Shown here in pieces: positions 40,110 through 51,212 of a stretch of 64,000 bases of DNA; the first letter of the stretch is position 1, and each line of letters opens with the position of its first letter. Location: the NCBI GenBank assembly GCA_043228905.1, contig JBHGNT010000015.1, positions 868,001-932,000 on the forward strand, in the 5' to 3' direction. The notes beneath the pieces are model-generated. The model saw nothing but the letters and a program-made list of their open reading frames with translations. It was not told where the DNA came from and ran no database searches. Source of the stretch: Azolla caroliniana. Its lineage: Eukaryota; Plantae; Polypodiophyta. A program made the translations under genes and the position numbers.

Positions 40110-41520
40110 TGGAGAACATAATAAAAATTCTCACACTTAAATGGATTGTCATGATCATGTTGATTCTTCCCAAAAGTAAGCGGGGTTTAGGATTGATCAA
40201 CCTTGGAGTACAAAGTCAATCATTGTTATGTAAGGTATTGGTAAGGAGCTTGCTGCCCGGAAATGAGTTATGGAAAACATTGATTTTTAATAGGAGCATC
40301 TTTTGGAGTCCATGACTTGATGGGCATTGGAAGCCACATAAATCATGGCTCTTTTGTATGGACTTAAAGCTTAGGAAATCTAATCGATTGGCTGACCACT
40401 TATGTTGCATCTTAGGTGTGGGATATGCTCCGTTGGCATCTTAGGCGTACAGGTCCAAGTACTAATGTTGATTGGATGCACCAACCCCTATTGTGGAACG
40501 AGACCTAAAGTCGACCGAGGGGAAGATGCTTGGCCAGCGCAAGGGTATGCCGTGGGCTATATTGCATGGTGTTGACATTCAGTCAATGGCAAATTGGATG
40601 TAGTTGTCCTCTAGTAATCGGGATAAATTGTATGAAGATGCGAGAAAGTTCAGAAATGGTAGGAAGATGCTTGATCTAGTCGATAAAGTTGTTTACTCTG
40701 TTCTTATTAGTAATGGGGACAAGGGTGAATGGTTCGGACAATGTGATGATGCCGGAAAAGTTATCAATGCCAAGGGTATAGGAAAGAATGGGAAGATCAT
40801 CCACTTGAGATCTGTAGTTGTAGTTAGAATTGTGGCACAAGACGGTAAGAAATGGAAGGTGAATCCATCAATCGCTGAGGCTGAGGAGGATTAGATATTG
40901 TATGTAGTTGAAGGCAAGCCCCTTGAGTGTTTAGAATGGGATCCTGCAGAATATATGTGGAGGGATGAACAAGGTAAATCACATGGTTTCTTTGACTTCT
41001 CAACTCGCTTGGGGAGACATTTATGCTTGCATCGTGAGAAGTGTGTCAACAAATGGACCCATGTAGCTGTCGATTCGGTCTTTGTAGATAAAACCAGGAG
41101 CAGGATATGGAACTCTTCCCTCCCTGAGAGGGTCAAGGTGTTTTTTTGGCCAATCACCCATGGGGCTATTCCAACCGGAGAGTGGCTGGGGAAAAGGGGT
41201 GGCATGAGTAACTGCAAGGCTTGTGGAGCGAGTTTGGAGGACATTGCACATTGTTTATGGAGTTGCCCGCGAGCCCAAGAAGTTTGGATGAGGAGCTTAA
41301 GAATTCTGGCTCGATGCGGGGTTGAAGGTTAGGTATCAAGTGCAATCGTTGTTTGGTTAGCTACTGAATCGGCTGCATGGTTTCGTGGGTGGAATGGAAA
41401 TAGCCCTTCTTTAAAGGTGGTGAATGGTACAATTCCGCCTGCAAGTCAAGGAGATTCATTCTTCATACAGGAATGGTACATAGATGTTTGGTTTTTAGTG
41501 GTTGGCCTTACTGTTTGGCC
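40110..41520 (+). mobile_element. 5'-truncated L1-like LINE remnant (post-RT region and zf-RVT zinc knuckle)
   Basis: ILPKSKRGLGLINLGVQSQSLLCK..VRSLLPG.E.WK and IWNSSLPERVKVFFW.ITHGAIPTGEWL..RG....CKACG...EDIAHCLWSCPRAQEVW, with stops and frameshifts. Confidence 0.85.
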
Positions 41521-44087
41521 TTACTTGTAGTTGACCAAATGGCAATAGGTCATTTGACCCCATTGACCAAATGGCAATATGTTTACAAATGGCAATATGT
41601 GTTAGTTTTCCCAAAATTATATTGATAAAATCTATGGCAATATTTCAACACATATTATCATGACACATATCTATGGAGTTCCAAAAATTATTGTGATATT
41701 TTCCATCTTTCCAACATTCAAACACATGATCCCCTTGCATACCATGAATGTCTAGTTAGCCTTGTGATATTCTCCATCTTTCCAAAATTCGAACACACGT
41801 CTCCCTTGCATACCATGACTTTCTAGGGCATTTAATGATACTTGCATAAGATTATCTAGATGTTCTATGTTCAATCTGTTTAATTTTATCTCCTTAATGA
41901 CATGTTTCCTAGACTATCCTCTCTCACAACCAATAACATCATATTGGTGCAATAAATTTGCTTGCACAATATCGTCAAATTGGGGGAACTATCATGCCAA
42001 TTCTTCATTTTGCAAAACAAATGCAAAGGTGAAAGGTTCTTACCCTGACAAAGAAGACAAAGAGCAAAGGTACTTACCCTGAGAGAGTATAACAATGAAG
42101 TGAAATGTGAAAAGAGTTCAACAACAATTGGTTAGAGGGAGGAACAAATTATTTGCATGAGGGTGGGAGGGAAAACACGTAGTTTAATATAAAACTTACC
42201 TATCATTTTGACAATATTACAAAAACTTTGTATGTCAAGTTTGATAGTTTGTTTGTTTTTTGTTAGTAAAAAAAAGTAAAATCCTCTGAACTTGCATGAT
42301 GACCATAAAAAAAATGCTTATTAGAGCTAGATATTTTTAAAAGATTTTAGAAATGTTGTCACTAGTTTTAAAAGTTGGTTCTGTGTTTACTATTATTTGA
42401 AAATCCAAGTAGTATTCCACTTGTAGAGAAAACTTAAAAGACTACTAAAAACAAACTATAACTTTATATAAGAAACAACTTGGCTATCCCAACATATTCC
42501 ATGCTTCCATTTATCGTATGGTCAGTGTCTCAGTGTTTTGCAATCTTGAATATATTTTTGGCCCTTCACAAACAAGTTGTTCTACACCTTTTTTAATTTT
42601 GTGGCCTTTTGGCCAAGCTTTTGAACTCCATGTCCACAACATTCCAAAATACTTAAGTGGTAAGAGTTTATATGCACTCTATAATGAAACATATTAGTTT
42701 CAATTAAGTAATTATTTATGTTGACATCATATTAGTTAGCCCATACACTGGGGCAAGTTGAATATTACCCATTTTCCATGCCTCAAGAACCAAAGATCAA
42801 TCCTTGTCATGATGGGCTTGACCCCCTCTCTCACGGTCTCCATTGGGTCTAAAAAAGATATCTATTGCAAAGTACAAATGCCAAATGAGAGCATTCTAGC
42901 TATTTAACTGGTCTCCATTGGGATTTCTAAATCTTGGTTATGGTGTCTTTATGTTTAGTGAACATTGTACTCTTTGAACCATGTTGGCTTATGTCTTGGC
43001 CTATCTTGAAAGCAAACTATCCTATAACTCCTTTCATGTAAGCATTAGGTTCCTCCTACTTTGATAGTGTTGCTCGCCTCTTCGATGAAATATTAGTTGG
43101 CTATGACAAGAATCGGAAAATCCATTAATGTAACAAGAATTGGTATTGAAGAAAGATTATTGGGATGGAAAGGTAACGTAGAGCATGGGAATTTTGCCAT
43201 GATTTTACTATCTTGGACAACTTGCTCTTTCCATTTAACATGGTTGTTGGATATGATTTTATTTACAAAGTCTACATGAGCTTTATGATTGTGTGTTTAG
43301 TTAGAAGTTTTGGGCCATGTTTTGGTTTTTAGAACATGTGCTAACGAAGATTGCTTGAACATGTGTTCAAATGTTAGGAGGATGGTTGAAATTTCTGCTA
43401 TTAAAGACAGTTTGTGTATGTGGTTTGAATGAGTGATCAAGTGTAAGGAGGGTGGTTTGAATCTTCTACTGAAAATTGTTCAAATGTGTGCTCAAATGTA
43501 AGGGGGGTGGTTCTAGAATTTGTTAAGTAGGTGGTTCAAATGTGTGTTCAAATGTTTGCTCCAAAAGGGGCTTTATGGATGTGATTTGCTGTGTTGGTGA
43601 ATGGGTGAATTGCAATAAACATATCTTGTTGGAAATCTAATTTTAAGAAATAAATTGAGTAGTACTTAATGCAACTAACGAGAAAATAAAACATCTCTAG
43701 AAAAAAGGGATCAAATGTGATTAGAAAACGTATCTTTATAATTAAACTTAAATTACAGAAAAAACAACAATCAAATAAAAGAAATAATAATAAAACAAAA
43801 CTTAAGCAATTTAACATGCTGTTTGATGAAATGTTTGAGAGTCTTACACCCCTCAATTTAAGATCTTGTGTATCATGTGTGGAAGCTCTCATCCTACCCT
43901 TTTTAAACACTTCATATTTATTTTAACACATTATTGCCATGGGAGCTATTCCATGGGACTTGAAGTGTCAATTGCTATTCCAATTTCCTCGGCAACCATG
44001 CCAAATGCCAATGGAATTATACCTCTAAACCAAAGTTTTGCCCGAAGGCCATATCAATATTTACTCTTTTAACATAAGTGACACAAG

Positions 44088-44530
44088 TAACAATCGACAA
44101 CGGTTCAGTTTGAGAGGATCAAAACCGGACCGTTTAAAAATTTTGAAACTCGAACCAAACCATGAAACCGTTAAAAAAAATCAAACCCATTAAACCATAA
44201 AAACCACAGTTTCGTGGTTCGGCTTCAGTTTTCAACTTAGGTCAAATTTTAATTTTTAAATTTTTTTAAATTTAAATATTTCATTATTTTAAAATTTTAA
44301 AGATGTTCCTAAAATGTTAGAATAAGGCCTAAAAGCAAAAAGATTGTTTAAAAACAATTTTAAACTTTTTGAAAAAAACAATTTTATAAAATAAAAGAAA
44401 ACAAATGTTAAACCGTTTAAACCGAACCAAACCATTTTTTAAAAACTTGAACCTGAATCGAACCGTTGAAACTGTTAAGCCACGGTTTCAAGGTTCGGTT
44501 CGGTTCAAACCAAACCATTGCCGATTGTTA
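44088..44530. mobile_element. hAT-type MITE
   Basis: TIR TAACAATCG(A/G)CAA(C/T)GGTT at both ends; 8-bp TSD GACACAAG / GACACGAG (7 of 8 match); AAACCG-rich subterminal motifs. Confidence 0.85.
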
Positions 44531-45559
44531 GACACGAGTTGGCACATGGGCCAATTGTTTCCTAATCTCACTATCATTAGTGTTAATCATCAAAGAAAAT
44601 GTTACCTTAACTAACCACTCACAAGACTAACCTAATCAAGAAATGTAATCAATCAATCATGCTTAAATAGAAAAATATTAAAGGCACAAAGTTACAAAAG
44701 ATAAAATACAAAATACTCTTAAAATGAGCTTAAATTAACCACACTTGATACAAAGAATCCAAGTACCTGGATGTGAAGACTCAAGATTTAATCCTTTAGT
44801 TCAAAGTAATCACGTAATTATGAATATATATGTGGTAGAATATTCAAGGTCTCGCTTAAGTGAAAAAGATCAAGCATTGTGGAAAAGGATAATTTTGCAT
44901 TGCTCTTAGGCCTTTTCACACATAACTACTTAATCCCATCTCTTTCGTTATCCTACCTCTTCTCCCTTTTCTTGTACCAAACCCTTCAATTGGGTATTGA
45001 TGTTTGTCTATCATGTTGTTGGACGGTGTGCAAATGAAGTACATGCCAAGCACTTAACACTTGGCAAATGTACAAGTTGACAAACCCCTCCAACTAGGGA
45101 ACTATCACATTATCATGATTGGCTACCACACACTTGCCAAACTCTATATACTAGTGCTTGAAACATAACCCAACAATTATGTCGAGAGTGAAGGGATAGG
45201 GCAAGCAAGATATTTAAACGTGCCTTAACTACATCAACCACGTCCTTATATTATTTTGCTTGGTGAACTGGAAAAAATACATCAAATAGAAAATTTGCAT
45301 GACTTCTTTTTGGACTTTTGTCAAGCTTTTGATATTGTACCAAGGAAATTTCATGCATAAAGACACCATGCACTCAAAATTCCTTAGATCATAAGAAGGG
45401 TAAAATATGCAAGTATTCATATGAATTACACATTCAAAGCATCAGCAATATGAGCAAGGATGTGCACTCTCTTCTACACTCTACATTGGCTAGATATCAT
45501 ATATTGTCATAGAGAAATTTGAGTGCATTGCATGACACGCGGAGATGGACACAACAAAT

Positions 45560-46150
45560 CAAGTACACCCATACAAACTCCTCCTTATGTTGATGACATG
45601 CTGCTCTTCATAATTGAATCTCATGAAGGTCCATAAATATTAACTCAATGCCCTAGTTGGGTTTTGTAGATGAGCTCATAGTGAGTTTGGGAGAAACAAC
45701 CATGAAGTCATTTACATTGGATCACCGCCAAGTTGTCTTCACACTAGTAACACGTGAATGTCCATGACTATTTGGTAGTGACATTAGCAATTACCACTAC
45801 GCACCACATTCTGTCCCAAGCTAACAACCTTGGACTCATTGGAGGATATGCAACCCTAGCTATGCTAGAACAACAATGTCACCAAGCACATCTCCTTCAA
45901 TCTTGTATCATAGTATTGATTATTTCACCTCATGCCATGCCTGCCCTCATGTGTGGGCTAGCCACATGGCTACATAATCTTCCCCAACTACATGTGGATA
46001 CAAATAGAGTATCCTCTATTCATGTTGTTGCGACATATGATGCATATAAAGCCAGCGCCTACATGAGATCATTTGTGTTGCAATATTCCAGCGAACCTCA
46101 TCAATCATCTTTGAACCAAAGAAATACATGCAAGTGCAAAGAAAATGGTG
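45560..46150 (+). mobile_element. Old Copia RT/RNase H remnant
   Basis: TATGTTGATGACATGCTGCTC = YVDDMLL near 45585, and HLHW..AK.V-like remnants near 45710. Otherwise decayed. Confidence 0.4.
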
Positions 46151-46875
46151 ATGATAGAAGAGGATTGTGTTACATAAGTAATAAATAAAGTCATTACAAA
46201 ATAATATGCTTATCAAGAACTTCCCACTCTTCCTATACATCTCCAAGATTATGATAGGAGCAAGGTACTGCAACAATGTCTATCACACCATTATACCCAA
46301 AAAATGCTATCACACCCAAGGGAGTCTCTTCCCACAAAAGATGGATTGATGGAGCGATGGAAACATATGGACGTCTACAAGCCCCATAGTGCTTATAAAG
46401 CAGTAGGTTAGCTAAGAGTTTCTTCCCTCCAAATAGCGTTTGAACTAGAATGAGCACTTCATATATCTAGGGCTGATGAGTTTGCACAAGAGAGATCACG
46501 AGCGACGAACCCTTCGTGAGTAGATAACCATCATACAAGCGCACCAGAGATATATGTAGGTGATGCATATGCATGTTATACACACACATGTACATATATA
46601 CTGGAGATATCCTATATTACATACATGTTGCATTAACACACATACATACAAACATACAAACATACATACATACATACATACACATATACATATATACATA
46701 CATATATATAGAGAGAGAGGACATGCAGAGCCAGACCAGACCTGCCAAGTTAAAACCATACATATGTAAATCTATAACTAACGAGACAAGCAAAAAACAA
46801 CAAAGGATGTGTAGGAGTGAATTACCCAACAAAGGAAAGAGGATACAAGCAAATTACCCAAGATTGGCAACTATA

Positions 46876-49800
46876 TTAATCATTGCAGCTTTTTTCCTTC
46901 AGAACTATAAATGGAAACTTTTGAAAATCATTCTTTAACTGTCCAAATCCAGCATTTACATCCAGACCGTGGCTGGGATGAATGTTGGTAATCAACCCAC
47001 GATCATTCAGGATCTTCCTAAAAGCCACAACCTGCAGTCGAGGCAAAATGTATCAATTGATTATTTCTGCAAGAATAACAACATCATGCAATCAACTTGA
47101 AAGAAATATCTAAGTTGCAAATCCATTTTATTGTACATTGATTGTCGAAATATGTTTTTTCATGGGAATAAAAGAAGAAAAATGTGTGTTTCCATGGGAC
47201 ACTAAATATTGGAACGGATTGATGTTCTCAAGCACACATGCACGGGTGCTTGGAAACTTCACACAAGGGGATTGAAATTTCTTATAGGCTTATTTATTTC
47301 CTTGAGTACAAAAGCCCTGCTACGAGATAAAAATCGTTTCATCCTTTATTTTCTCATTTCAGTGGTGTTAGCATGAACATCATCACCATCAAGAAAACCC
47401 ACAAATTATTACCAATATTGAATAACGCATGAGCACTATTCACATATACCTGCTAGGATTAAATGCATTCAACTGATTTTCGGTGACAAAACTAGAGAGA
47501 AGAATAAGAAAATCAAAGACGATGAATGAATTGATGTAGAGGAAATGACTATCAAGTATTCATGTTTCATAAGAAACACCAATAAACTTACCGCAGACTT
47601 GAAAGGTCTTTTGAATTCAGAATCTGATATTGGATTGTACAGAGTTAAATTCACAATGCCTCCAAGACTCCATTCATGCAATAAATTAGCAAGCTCCATA
47701 GCATGATGTTCTCCATCGTTAATACCAGCTGAAGCAGCCACCATATTTCAATAGTTTCATCTAAACCAACTTAAAAGGAAAATATATATAACATGTATCT
47801 CATACCCAGTAGTGTATACTCAAAAGAGGGTTTCTTGTTTGTTATTGAGAAATACTTTTTGCAATCTGACATTAATGCATCTATTGGATATGATTTAGCA
47901 CTTGGGACAATCTTCTCACGAAGCATCTGATTAGCAGCATGCAAACTAAGTTCCAAAAATAAAAAAAGTTTACATATGAGGATGTCTGTGGTAATTCTTC
48001 TTCATGTTTATATCAAATGGAGCTTAACAAATTTCAAAAGCATTCATACCTCACAGACAACGTGGACTTGAGCTTATTTTGGGCAAGTTTTACAATCTTA
48101 TTTGGAATACCCACCGTGGCTATAGTCATCATTTGTTGGGGAATCCCAATATCCTATCAATGATTGATCCGATTACCCTCTGATAATCTTATACAGTTTC
48201 TCAATATTTATATTAAGAACTACGATGAATAAGTAGTAGACTTTACGATCACCTCATTCAAAGAACGATGAGCTGCCAAGACGGCAGGGAGATTAAGCAA
48301 AGGTTCGCCCATCCCCATAAAAACCACACTTGACACTTTGTGCTTGAATAGTTGTTCTATTGTTAACACCTGGATATAGGATTCACCATTTTCAATTCAC
48401 AGACAGTTTTTAATCCTAAATGCACCCTGAAAAGAGGAAAGGTTAAGTGAATAGTCATTGTGAAAGAGATTTACCTGATCAATGATTTCATGAGCTTTAA
48501 GATTACGAGAATAACCTCCCTTTCCAGTTGCACAAAATCCACACATGAGTGGGCAGCCCACCTACAGTTTTGGCAATGACTTAGCAGACATTCGCTATGA
48601 TGAATATTGTGAGTATTTTTATATATGTGGGAAGTCACCAAAATATCCCTAATACTTTGGATATTTCGCAGAAGATCTTTCCGGTAGTGAATTTTGTTTT
48701 ACATGGGAAGTTTTGGTAAATACCCAACAAGTTAAGGGTATTTTGGTGCTTCTCCATGTATTACATTTGTAGTTCAACAACAGCAGCAATGATATACCAA
48801 GAAAAATTGTAGATGAAAGATTAACCAACACATATGACTGAAAAAGCAAAGCAAAAGATAGCATTCAAATTAAGCATGTTTTTAATTAGCTAGTTTTAAA
48901 GTAGAAATAAAACCTGCGTTGATACACAGACAGTGAGTTTATTGATACCACGTGCTTCTTCCACTGGAATTCCAACAGCCTCAATGATTTTAGAGTCCTC
49001 CAACTTCAGCAAAGCCTGAATCATGAAGAAATCATCTGTTATCTAATATGTAACAGAAGATTTTATTCATTTGTTTTCTCTTGAATTGCTATTCTATTAA
49101 TTTTGTTAATTAATGGCTGCTGTGCCAATAACAATTTTTTTGCCACCTTCAGTGTCCCATCGGTAGATACAAACGTCTGGTGAATCTCTGATCGGCCAAC
49201 TTTCCAATTCTCAGCTTCTAAACGCTCACGGAAACTTTGTGGTACTGGATTTATGTTGCCAATCCATCCCAGCTGTAAGCTATTATTCTATCCATATACA
49301 ATCATATTTCAAAAGAAAACAAAAGATCAGGTTGAATGCATACACTGAAGAAATCTATTTATATCCTTCCCCTTTGCCTTGTATAACAGCTCATGTAGGT
49401 GCCGACCACGGTACCTTTTCTGTTCCAAAGCAAGCAATAGATATACAATGAATCTAATGTGGCCAAAACCGGCTACAAAACTTAAAAAGTTACAACATCA
49501 TTTCAATTCACATTGCATTCAGCATATTCACAAAGTAGATTTAAGGGACGTATGGAACACTTCGAATCCAATTAAGACTAAACACTGGTCTAGCATGATG
49601 TTGTACTTGCATCTCTAGCAACTTCTCAATCTCCAGAATGTGAGAGGATACTCCACTCTAAAAAATATTAATCTCATAGTGTCAGGCATGTACCGATCCA
49701 TGTAAACGAAAGGAGTACATAAGTTCAACCTCAGTCAAGTGCATCTAGATCATTACCAAATATAGGAGACTCCCACACCACACCTTCCGAAAAAACCAAC

Positions 49801-50481
49801 TTAAAATGGCCTTCTCACAACCATTTTGCTGATCTTTTCTAAATGCACATGGATAGTTCAATGTACACAAAGATTCTATATCACATCATTTGACGAAATT
49901 AACTTCTGGAAATGGCTTCTTTACAACCTATTTTCTGATATTTCTAGATGCATATGCATCCATGGATAAAAATATATATACTGAAGGAACTTTTACCTTC
50001 TGAATAACATCAACTTTAGCAATAACCTTCTTACAACCAATAATTAAGATAGCATGAGGTGTGTCAATCTTATAATTTCCTACATACATATGCACATTTC
50101 AATGGATAATAAACGCTGATTTTAGAAGAAGAATAAAAAAACACATTCTCATAACCGATCTTCTGATCTCTCTACGTACACTTTCATATGAATTCGTGTG
50201 GCCAAAATGAGGAAAAAGGAAGAAAAATAAATAAATAAAGTTACCTGTTCAGAGCTTACAGCAATCTTCTCAAGTTGTTGCTTTGATCTTCCAAGAAGGT
50301 ATCTGACACCTCTACTCTTGGGTTCATGTGAGTGATCCCTGTGAGTATGCTGGGATGGAGCAGCTTCATGAGGAGGAGGAGGGGGTAGGGATATGGGGAG
50401 AGGATCTTTCTGCTCTGAGACAGGCAACACGAGGCGGCCAGACAAAGCTAGCTGGAGTTGCAGAGCAGCTGGAGCTTCCAT
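46876..50481 (-). CDS. RlmN-like radical SAM protein (plastid-type RlmN paralog) lacking the methyl-carrier Cys; about 417 aa from ATG 50481, true start uncertain
   Basis: Ten phase-consistent GT-AG exons: 50481-50245, 49419-49344, 49244-49147, 49015-48914, 48561-48475, 48369-48253, 48153-48050, 47945-47806, 47728-47592, 47031-46876. Motifs [41 protein letters not shown]; C-terminal [15 protein letters not shown]. Confidence 0.9.
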
Positions 50482-50494
50482 ATCCAAACTCTCT

Positions 50495-50737
50495 GCGGTT
50501 CATGAAAATATTCCCGGAGATGCCCCTCTGCCGAAGGAGCTCCACTTTTTCCTTATTTCCCCAAATACCCTCCCGTGGTTCATGAAAATGTTCCCGGAGA
50601 TGCCCCCTCCGCGGAAGGAGCTCCACTTTTTCCTTATTTCCCCAAATACCCTCCCCGCAGTTCATGAAAATATTCCCAAAGATGCCCCTCTGCCGAAGGA
50701 GCTCCACTTTTTCCTTATTTCCCCAAATACCCTCCCC
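50495..50737. repeat. Three-copy 81-bp tandem repeat at the 5' end of the RlmN-like gene
   Basis: Unit ...GTTCATGAAAATATTCCCGGAGATGCCCCTCTGCCGAAGGAGCTCCACTTTTTCCTTATTTCCCCAAATACCCTCCC; copies of 80, 82 and 81 nt (243 total). Confidence 0.93.
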
Positions 50738-51116
50738 GAGGGACCAATCGATCCATATGGGAAAGGAAACCAAGCAAGCCATGAAAACTCCTTACCCTCT
50801 CCTCTTTTCGGTGTTGCGGATCCGAGCAGAAAGGGCATTTGCCAAAAAATAACACTAGGTCTTTCGGAGCTCTTTTTCCCCCCTCTAGAATTATATCCTA
50901 CTACGAATGTGGCGCAACAATGTTGGTATGAACCTGGCGTGATGTGTTTTTTGCATGTCAGCTCACTTATTACCTAATGTTAGGCTTTTCAGTTTGTACG
51001 ATGATGGCAGTTTCTTAGGGTTTACGGTTATAAGAAACGTTCTTCACGAACTGTTTTTGGCTAAAAATAAGGATTGGCTAACGTAGACAATTGTTAATGG
51101 AAGTGAATAATCATCG

Positions 51117-51176
51117 TGTAAAGAATAAAGAGATGGATTATTGTGAAGCGGAAGAGATGTGAGTTATGTGTGTGTG

Positions 51177-51212
<36 letters not shown>

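Noticed and set aside
46496-46938. His/Tyr/Thr-rich ORFs
   Set aside because: Translations of CA/TA microsatellites downstream of, and partly antisense to, the RlmN-like gene.
50495-50737. Repeats as a CRISPR-like array
   Set aside because: Units are head-to-tail with no unique spacers, no cas genes are present, and the context is eukaryotic.
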